From NCBI GenBank assembly GCA_041690395.1, contig JAWLHJ010000005.1, positions 352,001 through 416,000 on the forward strand: 64,000 nucleotides of DNA, given 5' to 3'. The notes under the pieces were generated by a model. The model saw only the letters and a program-made list of their open reading frames with translations. It ran no database searches and was not told the origin of the DNA. Below are positions 36,647 through 47,055 of the stretch, one piece after another; position 1 is the first letter of the stretch, and the number at the start of each line of letters is the position of its first letter. The position numbers and the translations under genes were made by a program. The stretch comes from Longimicrobiales bacterium. Lineage in GTDB: Bacteria > Gemmatimonadota > Gemmatimonadetes > Longimicrobiales > Gaopeijiaceae.

Positions 36647-36975
36647 CTGTGTGGGTTTCCCGATTACGGATATCTAGGTTGAGGTCCTAACAGACAGAGA
36701 ATGAGTTTGTCGCAACCTATCAGCTCCACAGCCAGTGCGACACAGGAGCCTGAACTGGATCGAACGGTATCACTGGGGTACTCATGCGGTGGAGCCGTTC
36801 GGCTCCTACAGACTCCACTTGCTGGGCCGAGGGGGGCGAGCCGGACGAGCTCACCAGGGACGACCGTGGCCGTCGTCGGGCGATCGGATTCTGGATGATG
36901 CTGTCTGCAGATCCGCTGCACGAGGCATGTGAGCGGGTTCGGGAATGGGTGGACGAGCGACGGGAGGGGAGGACG

Positions 36976-37493
36976 ATGGGGGCGATGTTCGAGGATGTGG
37001 GCCTCGCGTGGCGCGGGCTCAGGCGGCCGGGGTTCGCGATGATGGCACTGGTGATTCTCGCCGTGGGATTCGGGTCGGTGATCGCCGTGCACAGCGTGGT
37101 GAAGGGCGTCCTTCTGGACCCACTGCCGGTCCCGGAGCCGGACCGGGTGACGACGCTCTGGCTCGCCGACGGGAGGGGGAGCGGCGCGCGCCTGACCCGG
37201 GGACATCTGCGTGACGCGGAAGGCCTGTCGGAGATCGTCAGCGGCGTGGCGGCGTTCCAGAACGCGAGGGGCGCCCTCGAGGATCCGGCCACCGGTGCGA
37301 CGACCATCCTTTACGGTGCCGCGGTCACGCCGGCCTACATGCGGACCCTCGGCGTCTCGCCCGTCATGGGGCGTGACTTCGATGCCGACGGCTTCGACAT
37401 CGACGCGGAGTCCGCGGTCCTGTTGTCCCACCGCGCTTGGCGTCAGATGTACGGTGAGGATCCGGACGTGGTGGGAGGCCACGTCGTCATGGA
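36976..37493 (+). pseudogene. 5' fragment of an ADOP-type permease
   Basis: GGAGG plus ATG; EDVGLAWRGLRRPGF, VLLDPLPVPEPDRV, LGVSPVMGRDF, LSHRAWRQMYGEDPDVVG; similarity stops near 37493. Confidence 0.85.
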
Positions 37494-37496
37494 CAG

Positions 37497-37725
37497 CACG
37501 TCCGCCGATGAGCAGCAGACGCACCCGGCCCTGCCGGCGACTCGTCGTGACGCGCGAGCGCACCGTGTAGTCCTCCGGCCCACCACCGCGACGGTTGGGC
37601 AGCACGCCCAGGAGCACCGTCAGGCCCAGGGCAAGCGCGCCGAGGGCGGCCACCGGGTCCACCGCCACGTCGGCCAGACGCGGAATCTGGTACGGGTCGT
37701 ATGTCAGCGATGCCGACACCACGCC
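37497..37725 (-). pseudogene. Inverted internal fragment of an ADOP-type permease
   Basis: Minus strand reads IPRLADVAVDPVAALGALALGLTVLLGVLP..TTSRRQGRVRLLLIGG, matching the mid-protein region of the intact permeases. Confidence 0.65.
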
Positions 37726-37873
37726 CGGTACCTCCCGGGCGCATCCACGATGGCCAGACGGTCCTCCCATGCCCCGTCCCTACGGGCCGACTGAGCGGGC
37801 CTCCCTTGCCCCTCCCCACCCCCCCGCCCACCTTGGCCGCCTTCCCGCCCAGCCCAAGGAGCTTCGTTCCATC

Positions 37874-39832
37874 ATGAGACTGCCCCTTCCCGCCCTGACG
37901 CTCGCCGGAAGCCTCCTCTTGCTGCTTCCGGCGTGTCAAACCGGGTCGGAGCAGGGGCCGTTTCAAATCGAGGAAGCGACCATCGCGGGGATCCAGGCGG
38001 CCATCCTCGACGGCCGGCTCACTTCGACCCAGCTGGTGGAGGGCTACCTGGCCCGCATCGCCGCCTACAACGGACCCTGCGTCGAGGAGCCCCAGGGGAT
38101 CCTGGGGCCGGTCACGACCATCCCCGATGCCGGGAAGATCAACGCGCTCATCACCCTGAACCTGCGTCCGTCGGAGCGCGAGGCCCGCGGCTTCGATGCG
38201 CGGAAGGCCCGCAGCATGACCGATTCCGTCGACGCGGATCCGGGTATGCCCGACGCCCTGGAGGTGGCGGCCGAGCAGGACGCCCATTTCGCCTCCACCG
38301 GCGAGCTCGTGGGGCCGCTCCACGGCGTGGTGCTGGCCATCAAGGACCAGTTCGACACGTACGACATGCGGACCACCTCCGGGGCCGACGCCTTCTACGC
38401 CAACGACCGCCCGCCGAACGACGCGGAGTTCGTGCAGCGCCTGAGGGACGCCGGCGCCATCATCCTCGCCAAGGCGAACATGGGGGAGTACGCGGCGGGA
38501 GGCGTCACGGGGACCCGGAGCTCGTTCGGCGGCACCAACTGCAACGCCTACGACACCGAGCGTGATCCGGGCGCCTCCAGCGGAGGCTCGGGCAACTCGG
38601 TTGCGGCGAACCTCGTCACGTGCGCCATCGCCGAGGAGACGGGCACCTCCGTGCGCGAGCCGGCCAAGAACGCCGCCGCCGTGGGCCTCGCCCCCACCCG
38701 CGAGCTGGTGAGCGCCGACGGGATGATGCAGCGGGGGATCACCACCAGGGTCGGGCCCATCTGCCGGACCGTGGAGGACGTGGCCCGGATCCTCGATGCC
38801 TACGCGGGCTTCGACCCAAAGGACGAGCTCACGGCCTACAGCGTGGGGCGGATGCCCGACCGGCCCTACCAGAGCTTCGCGAGCGAGGAGCGCCTCGACG
38901 GCATCCGCATCGGGGTGGTGCGGGAGTACATGGACCGGGAGATCTTCCCCGAGGCCGACCAGGAGACCATCACCATCATCGAGCAGGCCATCGAGGACCT
39001 GCGGGCGCTGGGCGCCACCATCGTCGATCCAGGCCCCGGGGGCGCGCTGTTCCAGGACGCTGTCGACCGCTTCACCCCGGTCTGGAGCGCCGAGCTGTTC
39101 CTCGATCAGTTCCCGGAGGTTTTCGTCGAAGGGTCGGACGAGCTCGCGGCCGTGCTGGACATGTCCTTCGATCCGACGCTGGTCCCCGAGGACTCCATCG
39201 GGCGGCCGAGCATGCGGAACCTGGGCGGCGGGGGCGACGACGAGGGTGGCACGCGCTACAACATGAATACGTACCTGCGGGAGCGCGGCGACGCCGAGAT
39301 CCGGAGCCTCACGGACCTCGTGGAGAAGGCGAACCACTGGGAGGACCCGAACATGCCGAGTCGGCTCGGGAGCCTCCAGCGAGCCGACTCTGCGAGGACG
39401 CTGGCCACGGAATCCACGCTCCAGACCCGGTTCGCCGTGCGGACCATCGTCATGCAGACGTTCGCGGAGCTGGAGCTCGACGCCGTGATCTATCCCTCGG
39501 GCAACGTCCCACCGGCCATTCTCACGAATCCGCCGGAGCCGTTCGTGTACAACCGGAGCAACGGGGTCTGGACATACATCAACAGCAAGGGCTTCCCGGC
39601 CATGACGGTCCCGGCGGGATTCACCACCGAGGTCTGGGACCGGGTGCGCGACGACACCCAGCCGGACAGCACGCGCCTGGTCGGTCCGGTGCCGGCCCGG
39701 CTCCCCGTGGGCATCGACTTCCTCGCGAGACCCTTCGACGAGCCCATGCTCTTCCGCATCGCGTCGGCCTATGAGGCGAGCACGAGGCACCGGGTGCCGC
39801 CGCCGGACTTCGGGCCGCTGCCGGAGCGGTAG
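37874..39832 (+). CDS. Amidase-signature family lipoprotein
   Basis: Lipobox LLPAC; GPLHGVVLAIKD, LAKANMGE, PGASSGGSG, EETGTSVREPA, P.G....ARPFDE. Confidence 0.92.
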   Translation: MRLPLPALTLAGSLLLLLPACQTGSEQGPFQIEEATIAGIQAAILDGRLTSTQLVEGYLARIAAYNGPCVEEPQGILGPVTTIPDAGKINALITLNLRPSEREARGFDARKARSMTDSVDADPGMPDALEVAAEQDAHFASTGELVGPLHGVVLAIKDQFDTYDMRTTSGADAFYANDRPPNDAEFVQRLRDAGAIILAKANMGEYAAGGVTGTRSSFGGTNCNAYDTERDPGASSGGSGNSVAANLVTCAIAEETGTSVREPAKNAAAVGLAPTRELVSADGMMQRGITTRVGPICRTVEDVARILDAYAGFDPKDELTAYSVGRMPDRPYQSFASEERLDGIRIGVVREYMDREIFPEADQETITIIEQAIEDLRALGATIVDPGPGGALFQDAVDRFTPVWSAELFLDQFPEVFVEGSDELAAVLDMSFDPTLVPEDSIGRPSMRNLGGGGDDEGGTRYNMNTYLRERGDAEIRSLTDLVEKANHWEDPNMPSRLGSLQRADSARTLATESTLQTRFAVRTIVMQTFAELELDAVIYPSGNVPPAILTNPPEPFVYNRSNGVWTYINSKGFPAMTVPAGFTTEVWDRVRDDTQPDSTRLVGPVPARLPVGIDFLARPFDEPMLFRIASAYEASTRHRVPPPDFGPLPER

Positions 39833-39959
39833 GCTTCGAGGCACCTGGGGTCGGCGCGCGGATGGCACGTCGGCCCCGGGTCGCCGGGCGAAACCCGGAC
39901 GCCCCCGTCCCCGTCCGGTCCTGTGAGACCCCGACGTCCCCTGGTCCCACAGGCACCCC

Positions 39960-42434
39960 ATGCACGACCTCATCCGCGACGTTCGCCAGAGTCTGAGGAT
40001 CCTCCGCAAGGAGCGGACCTTCAGCGTCACGGTCCTCCTGACCCTGGCCATCTGCATCGGCGCCAACGTCGCCATCTTCAGCGTCATCCACACGGTGCTG
40101 CTGAAGCCCCTCCCGTTCCCGCAGCCCGACCGGCTCGTCACGGTCTACAACAGCTATCCGGGTGCCGGCTCCCCGCGTGGGGGCAACGGGACGGTGGACT
40201 TCTTCCAGCGGCGGGAGAACATCGACGCCTTCCAGGAGGTCGCGCTCTACACCGGATCGGGGAACACCATCGGGGAGGCCGGAGCCACCGAGCGCGTGAG
40301 CTCCATGCGGGTCACGCCCTCCTTCTTCCCCCTCCTGGGGATCCAGCCCGCCCTGGGCCGCGGCTTCACCGAGGAGGAGATGGAGGAAGGCAACCATCAG
40401 CAGGTGATCCTCACGCACGGCTACTGGCAGGAGCAGTTCGGCGGCGCCCCGGACGTGGTGGGCAGGGAGCTCCGGGTGGACGGGCGTCCCTTCACGGTGG
40501 TGGGCGTCCTGGGTGAGGACTTCCCGCGTCTGTTCCAGCAGGAAGCGCGGCTGGTGCTGCCCGTCGCCTTCTCGCCGGAGGATCGGGATCTGGACAACTG
40601 GCACAGCAACAACTTCTCCATGATCGCCCGGCTCGGCTCCGGAGCCACCGTCGAGCAGGCCAACGCCCAGAACGCCGCGCTGAACGATGCCCTCATCGAT
40701 TCCTGGCCGCTGCCCAACGCCCGGCAGCTGCTCACGGACGTCGGGTACGGCACCGTGGTGGTGTCCACGCAGGAGGACCTGGTGCGGGACGTCCGCCCCC
40801 TCCTCTACATGCTCTGGTCGGGGGTGGTGTTCGTCCTCCTCATCGGCTGCGTGAACATCGCCAACCTCATGCTCGCCCGCGCCCAGACCCGTCGGACCGA
40901 GGTCGCCACGCAGCTCGCCCTCGGCGCGGGACGGTCGCGGGTCGCCCGTCAGGTGCTCACCGAGGCCGTGGTCATGGGGCTGGTGGGAGGCGTGCTCGGC
41001 GTAGGGCTCGGGTCCGCCGGCCTCGGGCTGCTCCGGACCTTCGGCACGGAGGCGCTCCCTCGTGGCACCGACATCGCCATCGACGGGCCGGTCCTCCTTT
41101 TCACGGCGGTCCTGGCCGTGGCGGCGGGCGCCATCTTCGGAGCCATTCCCATGGCGCAGATCATGCGCGGCGACCTGTCGACGGTCTTCCGCTCCGGGGG
41201 GCGCACGGGGACGGCGAATCGCCGGGCGGTGCTCCTCAGGAACGCCCTCGTCACGGGCCAGGTGGCCCTCGCGTTCGTCATGCTCATCGGGGCGGGACTC
41301 ATGCTCGCCAGCTTCCGGGCCGCCCTCTCCGTGGATCCGGGCTTCCGGCCCGACGGCGTGTTCACCGCGTTCGTGTCGTTGCCGAGCGCGCGCTACGAGG
41401 GACCCGAGGAGCGGCGGCAGCTCTGGGACGGCCTGCTGGCCGAGGTCAGGGCGATCCCCTCGGTGGACGCGGCGTCCATCACAACGCAGCTCCCGTTCAC
41501 GAACAACAACTCCAACAGCGTCATCTTCCCCGAGGGCCACGAGATCCCACCCGGAGAGTCGCTCCTGTCACCCGTCCAGACCATCGCGGGCCCGGGCTAC
41601 TTCGAATCCATGGGGATCGAGGTGGTGGAGGGAAGGGCCTTCGGACCCCAGGACGGGCCGGACGACGTCCAGGTCATCGTCCTCGACGAGTGGCTGGCGC
41701 GCCGGTACTGGCCGGACGGGGGCGCCGTGGGCTCGCGCATGGTCTACGGCTCGATTCCCGGCCAGGACTCCATTCCCGAGGACAACTTCTACACCATCGT
41801 CGGCGTGGTGAGCACCATCAAGCACAACGATCTCACGGCTCCGGAATCCGAGCACGTGGGTGCGTACTACTTCGACTACCGGCAGCTCACACCCGGGTCC
41901 GCCGTGCTGACGGCCCGCGTCGACGGAGACGCCTCCTCCATCACCCAGCCGGTGCGGGAGGCGCTTCAGGAGTTGGACGCCGAGCTCCCGCTCTTCGGGG
42001 TGGAGACCATGCGGCAGAGGGTCGACGACTCGCTGATCCAGCGGCGTGTGCCCCTGGTGCTGCTGGGCGTGTTCGCCGGCGTGGCCCTCTTCCTGGCGAT
42101 GGTGGGCATCTATGGTGCGCTGGCCTACTCGGTGACTCAGCGGCGTCGGGAGATCGGGATCCGCATGGCGGTGGGCTCGGCGCCGGGGGACATGTTCCGC
42201 TCGGTGGTGGGCCAGGGACTCCGCGTCACGGTCTTCGGGCTCGTCGTGGGCGTCGGCGCCGCGCTCTTTCTCACCCGCCTCATCCAGTCCCTGCTGTTCG
42301 ACGTGGAGGCCACGGACCCGATGATCCTCGCCTCCGCGGCGGCCGTGCTGGCGGTGGTCGGGCTGGTGGCGTGCATGATCCCCGCCCGGCGGGCGACGAG
42401 CGTGGACCCGGTGGAGGCGCTGGCGGGGGAGTAG
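39960..42434 (+). CDS. ADOP-type duplicated ABC transporter permease
   Basis: TLAICIGANVAIFS, GCVNIANLMLAR, GQVALAFVMLIGAGL, QRRREIGIRMAVG, PARRATSVDP. Confidence 0.93.
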   Translation: MHDLIRDVRQSLRILRKERTFSVTVLLTLAICIGANVAIFSVIHTVLLKPLPFPQPDRLVTVYNSYPGAGSPRGGNGTVDFFQRRENIDAFQEVALYTGSGNTIGEAGATERVSSMRVTPSFFPLLGIQPALGRGFTEEEMEEGNHQQVILTHGYWQEQFGGAPDVVGRELRVDGRPFTVVGVLGEDFPRLFQQEARLVLPVAFSPEDRDLDNWHSNNFSMIARLGSGATVEQANAQNAALNDALIDSWPLPNARQLLTDVGYGTVVVSTQEDLVRDVRPLLYMLWSGVVFVLLIGCVNIANLMLARAQTRRTEVATQLALGAGRSRVARQVLTEAVVMGLVGGVLGVGLGSAGLGLLRTFGTEALPRGTDIAIDGPVLLFTAVLAVAAGAIFGAIPMAQIMRGDLSTVFRSGGRTGTANRRAVLLRNALVTGQVALAFVMLIGAGLMLASFRAALSVDPGFRPDGVFTAFVSLPSARYEGPEERRQLWDGLLAEVRAIPSVDAASITTQLPFTNNNSNSVIFPEGHEIPPGESLLSPVQTIAGPGYFESMGIEVVEGRAFGPQDGPDDVQVIVLDEWLARRYWPDGGAVGSRMVYGSIPGQDSIPEDNFYTIVGVVSTIKHNDLTAPESEHVGAYYFDYRQLTPGSAVLTARVDGDASSITQPVREALQELDAELPLFGVETMRQRVDDSLIQRRVPLVLLGVFAGVALFLAMVGIYGALAYSVTQRRREIGIRMAVGSAPGDMFRSVVGQGLRVTVFGLVVGVGAALFLTRLIQSLLFDVEATDPMILASAAAVLAVVGLVACMIPARRATSVDPVEALAGE

Positions 42435-42524
42435 GCTCCACATCCCGCGACGCGTCACGTGGCCTCCGGTCCGCTCGTTGCCATGGAGGCGAGAAGCGGA
42501 TCCATGGAGCGGAGGAGAGCAGGG

Positions 42525-43367
42525 ATGATCCCCGGGCGTGCCACCACGACGGCGTGGCTCTGTGTCACAGCCCTTCTGGGCTGCGGATCCAGCGGGCCGC
42601 TGGGCCCCATCGTCAGCGAGGACGTCTCCATCACGCTGGCGGTGTCCGGAGGCCTCATCGGCCAGTCGTTCGAGTTCCTCGTCGACGGGGAGACGCGGGA
42701 GATCGTCGGTGTCCGGTGTGACGCGCACTGCGACTTCGAGGCGGGGGACGTCATCCTCCCGGTCTCGGAGGCTCAGGTCGCCGATCTGGCCCGGCGGCTG
42801 GAGGAAGCCGGCGTCTTCGAGAACGCGGGGGACTACGAGTTCCCGTGCTGCGATCAGATCGGCTACGACCTGCGGTACCGGAGGGGGGAGCGCACCGCAC
42901 GGGTCCAGGGTAGCGACCAGGCCATCCCCCGGGAGCTGGCCACGGCCATCGCGCACGTTGTCGCCCTCGGCCACGGACGGGTCCCCATGCTGGTGGCACA
43001 CGACACCGAGCCCTCGGACTGGCCCCGCGATGCCTACACCCTCGGAGCTGTGGAGGCGGACGGACGCACGCTCCGCGCCGAGGTGAGCTACGGCGGAGGC
43101 TGCAGGGCCCACCGGATGGACCTGGTAGCCTACGGTGGATGGCTCGAGTCCCACCCGGTCCAGGTCAACGCCCTCATCACCCACGACGACGGCGACGACC
43201 CCTGCGACGCCTACCTCACGGAGGAGCGCGCCTTCGATCTGACGCCTCTCGCTCGTGCGTGGGTCGACGCGTACGGCGCCCCGTCCGGTCCCATCCGCAT
43301 CAACCTCAGGCTGTGGGATCCCGTGAGTGGCAGCCCCGTGGGACGCCTCATCGAGCTGGAGCTCTGA
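42525..43367 (+). CDS. Hypothetical lipoprotein (NigD-like C-terminal domain possible)
   Basis: Lipobox ALLGC; YGGGCRAH..ESHPVQ..HDDGDDPCDA..FDL. Confidence 0.7.
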   Translation: MIPGRATTTAWLCVTALLGCGSSGPLGPIVSEDVSITLAVSGGLIGQSFEFLVDGETREIVGVRCDAHCDFEAGDVILPVSEAQVADLARRLEEAGVFENAGDYEFPCCDQIGYDLRYRRGERTARVQGSDQAIPRELATAIAHVVALGHGRVPMLVAHDTEPSDWPRDAYTLGAVEADGRTLRAEVSYGGGCRAHRMDLVAYGGWLESHPVQVNALITHDDGDDPCDAYLTEERAFDLTPLARAWVDAYGAPSGPIRINLRLWDPVSGSPVGRLIELEL

Positions 43368-43382
43368 GCGGCCTTTCCCCGC

Positions 43383-45812
43383 TCAGGAGACCGGCGGTGG
43401 CCTCTTCTTCAGGATGAAGAACCCCTCCTGCATGCTCGTCACGAGAATGGCGCCGCTCTCGAAGAACGGGTACGTGCTCCACGCGCCGCCGAACCCCGGC
43501 CCGTCACCGTACGGTGAGGTGTCGAACATCCCGACCTCCACCGGATTCAGGGGGTCCGAGGTGTCGAGGATGTGCAGCCCGTACTTGTAGTTCGCCTGGT
43601 AGGTGAAGTCGCCCTTCACGTAGAGGTTGTGCGCGCTGGCCGGAAGCGAGCCGAAGAACTCCAGGGCGAGGACCGGATCCTCGAGGTCGGCCACGTCCCA
43701 CATGAGGGTGCGCGTGGTCTCGACGTTTCCGGCGATGACGTCGCTCTCGTCGTTCATGATGAAGTACCGGTGATCCTCGGTCAGCCAACCCTGGTGCATG
43801 TACGCCGGGTTCGGGTGCGAGGCCGTGGAGAGCTCGACCGGGTCGGCCTTGTCCGTGACGTCCGAGATCTGGAAGCGACTCCCCGACATGCGGAGGCAGA
43901 TCTCGCGGCCGCGGTATCCCTCGTCCGGCCCCTGGTAGAGCACGCACTGCGCGTCGTGGGAGTCCCCGGGGTCGGAGCACCCGACGAAGGTCGGGTCGAG
44001 GGGATCGCTGATGTCCACCATGTGGAGTCCGGCGCATCCTCGGCTGGTGAGGTAGGCGAACCCGGTATCCTCGTTGATGATGACGTTGTGGGTGCTCTCG
44101 ACGACGTTGAGTCCGTCGCCCCGGTAGAGGAGGTCTGGCTCGAAGATGACGGGTGGGTCCGTGACGTCCCTCAGTCGCGTCAGATCGAAGACCTGCATCC
44201 CGTGGGCCCCCGCGCCGTCCGCGACGATGAACGCGTGGTCCTTGAACGTCTTGATGTCACGCCACAGCTGGGATCGCGGCGTATCGGGCGTCTTCGGAAG
44301 GTCGCCCACGAGAACGGGGTTGGTCGGGTCGGTGATGTCGATGAAGGACGTCCCGTCGTTGCGACCGACCAGGGCGTACTCCCGCCCCGTCGCGGCATCG
44401 GTCCATCCCCAGTTGTCGTTGGCCCGAACCCCACGCGCGTGCTCGGGCGCGGTGAGCATCGCGGCCGGAACGTACGCATACAACTCGACGTCGGTGCAGT
44501 CGAACTGCTCCACCGAGCCGTCGACGCACCGGCGCTCCTCCCCGGTCACCGCCCCCATCGCGTCGGGCGGGCTCAGAAGAAGATCGACCTGTTGCCACGC
44601 CCCGCCGCCGTCCCGCTCGTACACGAAGACGCCCCCGGCCTGATGGTCGAGACCCGAGGCGGTGACGGCGACGACTTCGCCGTCCGAGACCACGCGGTGA
44701 CCGAAGGAGTCTTCCGTATTGGTCTCCTCTTCGGTGAACCGGAAGGTGCGCACCTCGGCGTCCGAGAAGACGAAGGTCATCCCGGTTTCGATGCCTCGAG
44801 CGACGGGGGCGCCGATCCAGACGTCCGCCCCGGCGAGCGCCACGGCGTTGCCGAAGATGTCGCGCTCCAGCGGCTCCGGTGCGTCGATTCGGGTCGGTCG
44901 CGACCAGCTGCTCCCGTCCTCTCGGGCCCGGTACATGTACGCCGTGCCGATACCGGAGCCGGCGTTGGGTGCGCCGACGAGCACCCGGTCGTCGGTCATC
45001 GTGATGGCGGAGCCGAACGACGCCTGCGCCTCGGCCTCCACGGGGAGCTCGCCGGACGCCTGCCACGTCCCGTTCCGCAGCCGGTACTCGAAGACCCGAC
45101 CCGCGGCCTCGGCCGCACCGTCGTCCCCGGCCGCGAACGGTGCTCCCACGAGCGCGCGATCCCCGCTCATCGCGATGGCGGCGCCGAACGCGTCGCCGCT
45201 CGCCGAAGCCGGCGCCCGGAAGCGCTGGGCCTCGGACCAGCGGCCATCCGGTCCGCGCCGGTAGGCGTAGACCATACCCGCCGGCGCCGCTTCGCCGGCC
45301 TCGTCGTTCCCGCGACGAAGCGCCAGTCGGCTCTGCTCCGTCTGGACCCCACTCTGGCCGACGAGGAGCCAGTCACCCGCGGCCGCCATCGAGAGCCCGA
45401 AATCGACCCCGCAATACCCGTTGTAGTTGCACCCCGGGTCCAGCGTCTCGAGTGCCTCCGTGTCGAGCACGGAGGCGTGCGCCCAGTCATCGCCCGAGCG
45501 CTCGAAGGCGTCGATGCGACCGTCGCGGCTCGCCACGAAGAGGGTGGTGCCGGTCGACGCGAGGAGGGCCCCGAAGCCGTCCGCCCGCTCCGCATCCGGT
45601 GCCGTCAGCCGACCGGTCTCCATCCAGGCCCCGCCCTGTTTCCGGTAGAGGTAGACGGTGCCGGGGCGGAAGGTGTTGTTCGGCTCTCCGACGATGAGCG
45701 CGTCGCCGTCGACCAGGACCGCGTTGCCGAAGGAGCCGGATTGAGCGGTGGCGGGTGCGACGAGCACGCCGAAGAGGAGGATCGAGAGGGCGAGACGGGC
45801 GAGGGGCGCCAT
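43383..45812 (-). CDS. Choice-of-anchor B family secreted protein with FG-GAP repeats
   Basis: Repeated FG..(V)GAP units; NDNWGWTD..GREYALVG, WRDIK, HGMQVFDL, YMHQGWLT, NDE, HNLY, GAWSTYPFFESG; start reassigned to 45812. Confidence 0.88.
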   Translation of the reverse strand: MAPLARLALSILLFGVLVAPATAQSGSFGNAVLVDGDALIVGEPNNTFRPGTVYLYRKQGGAWMETGRLTAPDAERADGFGALLASTGTTLFVASRDGRIDAFERSGDDWAHASVLDTEALETLDPGCNYNGYCGVDFGLSMAAAGDWLLVGQSGVQTEQSRLALRRGNDEAGEAAPAGMVYAYRRGPDGRWSEAQRFRAPASASGDAFGAAIAMSGDRALVGAPFAAGDDGAAEAAGRVFEYRLRNGTWQASGELPVEAEAQASFGSAITMTDDRVLVGAPNAGSGIGTAYMYRAREDGSSWSRPTRIDAPEPLERDIFGNAVALAGADVWIGAPVARGIETGMTFVFSDAEVRTFRFTEEETNTEDSFGHRVVSDGEVVAVTASGLDHQAGGVFVYERDGGGAWQQVDLLLSPPDAMGAVTGEERRCVDGSVEQFDCTDVELYAYVPAAMLTAPEHARGVRANDNWGWTDAATGREYALVGRNDGTSFIDITDPTNPVLVGDLPKTPDTPRSQLWRDIKTFKDHAFIVADGAGAHGMQVFDLTRLRDVTDPPVIFEPDLLYRGDGLNVVESTHNVIINEDTGFAYLTSRGCAGLHMVDISDPLDPTFVGCSDPGDSHDAQCVLYQGPDEGYRGREICLRMSGSRFQISDVTDKADPVELSTASHPNPAYMHQGWLTEDHRYFIMNDESDVIAGNVETTRTLMWDVADLEDPVLALEFFGSLPASAHNLYVKGDFTYQANYKYGLHILDTSDPLNPVEVGMFDTSPYGDGPGFGGAWSTYPFFESGAILVTSMQEGFFILKKRPPPVS

Positions 45813-45972
45813 GGGGCCTCCGGAGCGGGCGATATCGCGAGGATGCTGGCCGAAAGAATACGCCCCCTCGACCCCGGAGGCGAGCTTGCGCCGCCCGCTG
45901 ACGCCCCGGTAACCTCCCGCCGCGCTATTCGGGATCCACCCGGAACGCCGCCGAGCTCCAGGAGACCTTGAA

Positions 45973-47037
45973 ATGGCAGGACCAGCCGGACTGACCGTAG
46001 GTGAGATCGCGGAGCGCCTGGAGGCCACCGTGGAGGGGGATCCGGAGCGGGTCGTCTCGGGGGTGTCCACCCTCGACGAGGCGACTCCGAGCGACATCGC
46101 GTGGGTCGGCTCCGAGGCCTTCCTCCGAAAAGCGGCCACGTCCTCCGCGGGAGCGATCGTGTTGCCCCAGGCCGGCGCGCTCTCGACCTCGGCCTCACTG
46201 ATCCGCGTGGCGGATCCCGACCTGGCCATCGTGGCCGTTCAGGGGTGGCTGGCACCGCCCGCCCATTCCGTCGACGAAGGCGTCGATCCCACGGCCTCCA
46301 TCGGCGAGGGCGCGGTCGTGACCGGCGCCCGCATCGGCCCCCACGTGTCCGTCGGTAAGGGCGCCGTGATCGGACGCGGGACCCAGCTGCATGCCGGCGT
46401 GCGCGTCGGCGACGGCACCACCATCGGCGAGGACTGCGTGCTCTGGCCGAACGTGGTCGTCCGGGAGCGGATCCGGATCGGGGACCGGGTGATCATCCAC
46501 CCCAACAGCACCATCGGGGCCGACGGCTTCGGGTTCCTGTTCCGTGGGGGGCGGCACGTGAAGATCCCGCAGACCGGGTGGGTCGAGATCGGGAACGACG
46601 TGGAGATGGGCGCGAACAACACCATCGACCGGGGGCGCACCGGGGCCACGCGCGTGGGCGACGGCGTGAAGACGGACAACCAGGTGCACATCGGTCACAA
46701 CGTGGTGATCGGCGATCACAGCATGTTGATCGCCATGACCGCCATCGGCGGATCGTCGGTGCTCGGTCATCACGTCATCATCTCCGGTCACTGCGGGGTG
46801 ACGGATCACGTGCGCATCGGCGACGGCGTGCAGTGCGGCGCGTTCAGCATGATCACGAACGACGTGCCCGACGGCGCGGTGCTCAAGGGCGATCCGGCCA
46901 CCGGTCTCATGACCGAGCAGCGCCAGAGAGCCTCCGTGCGACGGCTGCCGAAGCTGCGTGCGACGATCGACGCGCTCGAGAGCCGGGTTCGGGAGCTGGA
47001 GGCGGCGCTCCCCGACCGTCCCCCACCGACGGAATAG
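45973..47037 (+). CDS. lpxD: UDP-3-O-acylglucosamine N-acyltransferase
   Basis: Hexapeptide repeats, IGADGFGF, KIPQTG, TIDRG, KTDNQVHIGHNV. Confidence 0.93.
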   Translation: MAGPAGLTVGEIAERLEATVEGDPERVVSGVSTLDEATPSDIAWVGSEAFLRKAATSSAGAIVLPQAGALSTSASLIRVADPDLAIVAVQGWLAPPAHSVDEGVDPTASIGEGAVVTGARIGPHVSVGKGAVIGRGTQLHAGVRVGDGTTIGEDCVLWPNVVVRERIRIGDRVIIHPNSTIGADGFGFLFRGGRHVKIPQTGWVEIGNDVEMGANNTIDRGRTGATRVGDGVKTDNQVHIGHNVVIGDHSMLIAMTAIGGSSVLGHHVIISGHCGVTDHVRIGDGVQCGAFSMITNDVPDGAVLKGDPATGLMTEQRQRASVRRLPKLRATIDALESRVRELEAALPDRPPPTE

Positions 47038-47055
47038 GCATCCAACGGAGCACCC

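Noticed and set aside
23189..36975. Intact integrase, IntI or transposase
   Set aside because: No ORF shows tyrosine (HxLRH..Y), serine or DDE recombinase motifs; only short doubtful relics.
37487..45971. Very long antisense ORFs (e.g. 37487-40141, 39621-41540, 43572-45971)
   Set aside because: Shadow frames of high-GC genes that have clear family motifs on the opposite strand; the same applies across the window.
45813..46229. N-terminal extension of the choice-of-anchor B ORF
   Set aside because: Overlaps lpxD; the RBS and signal peptide support the start at 45812. Similar over-extensions were trimmed for padR, the amidase and cheB.
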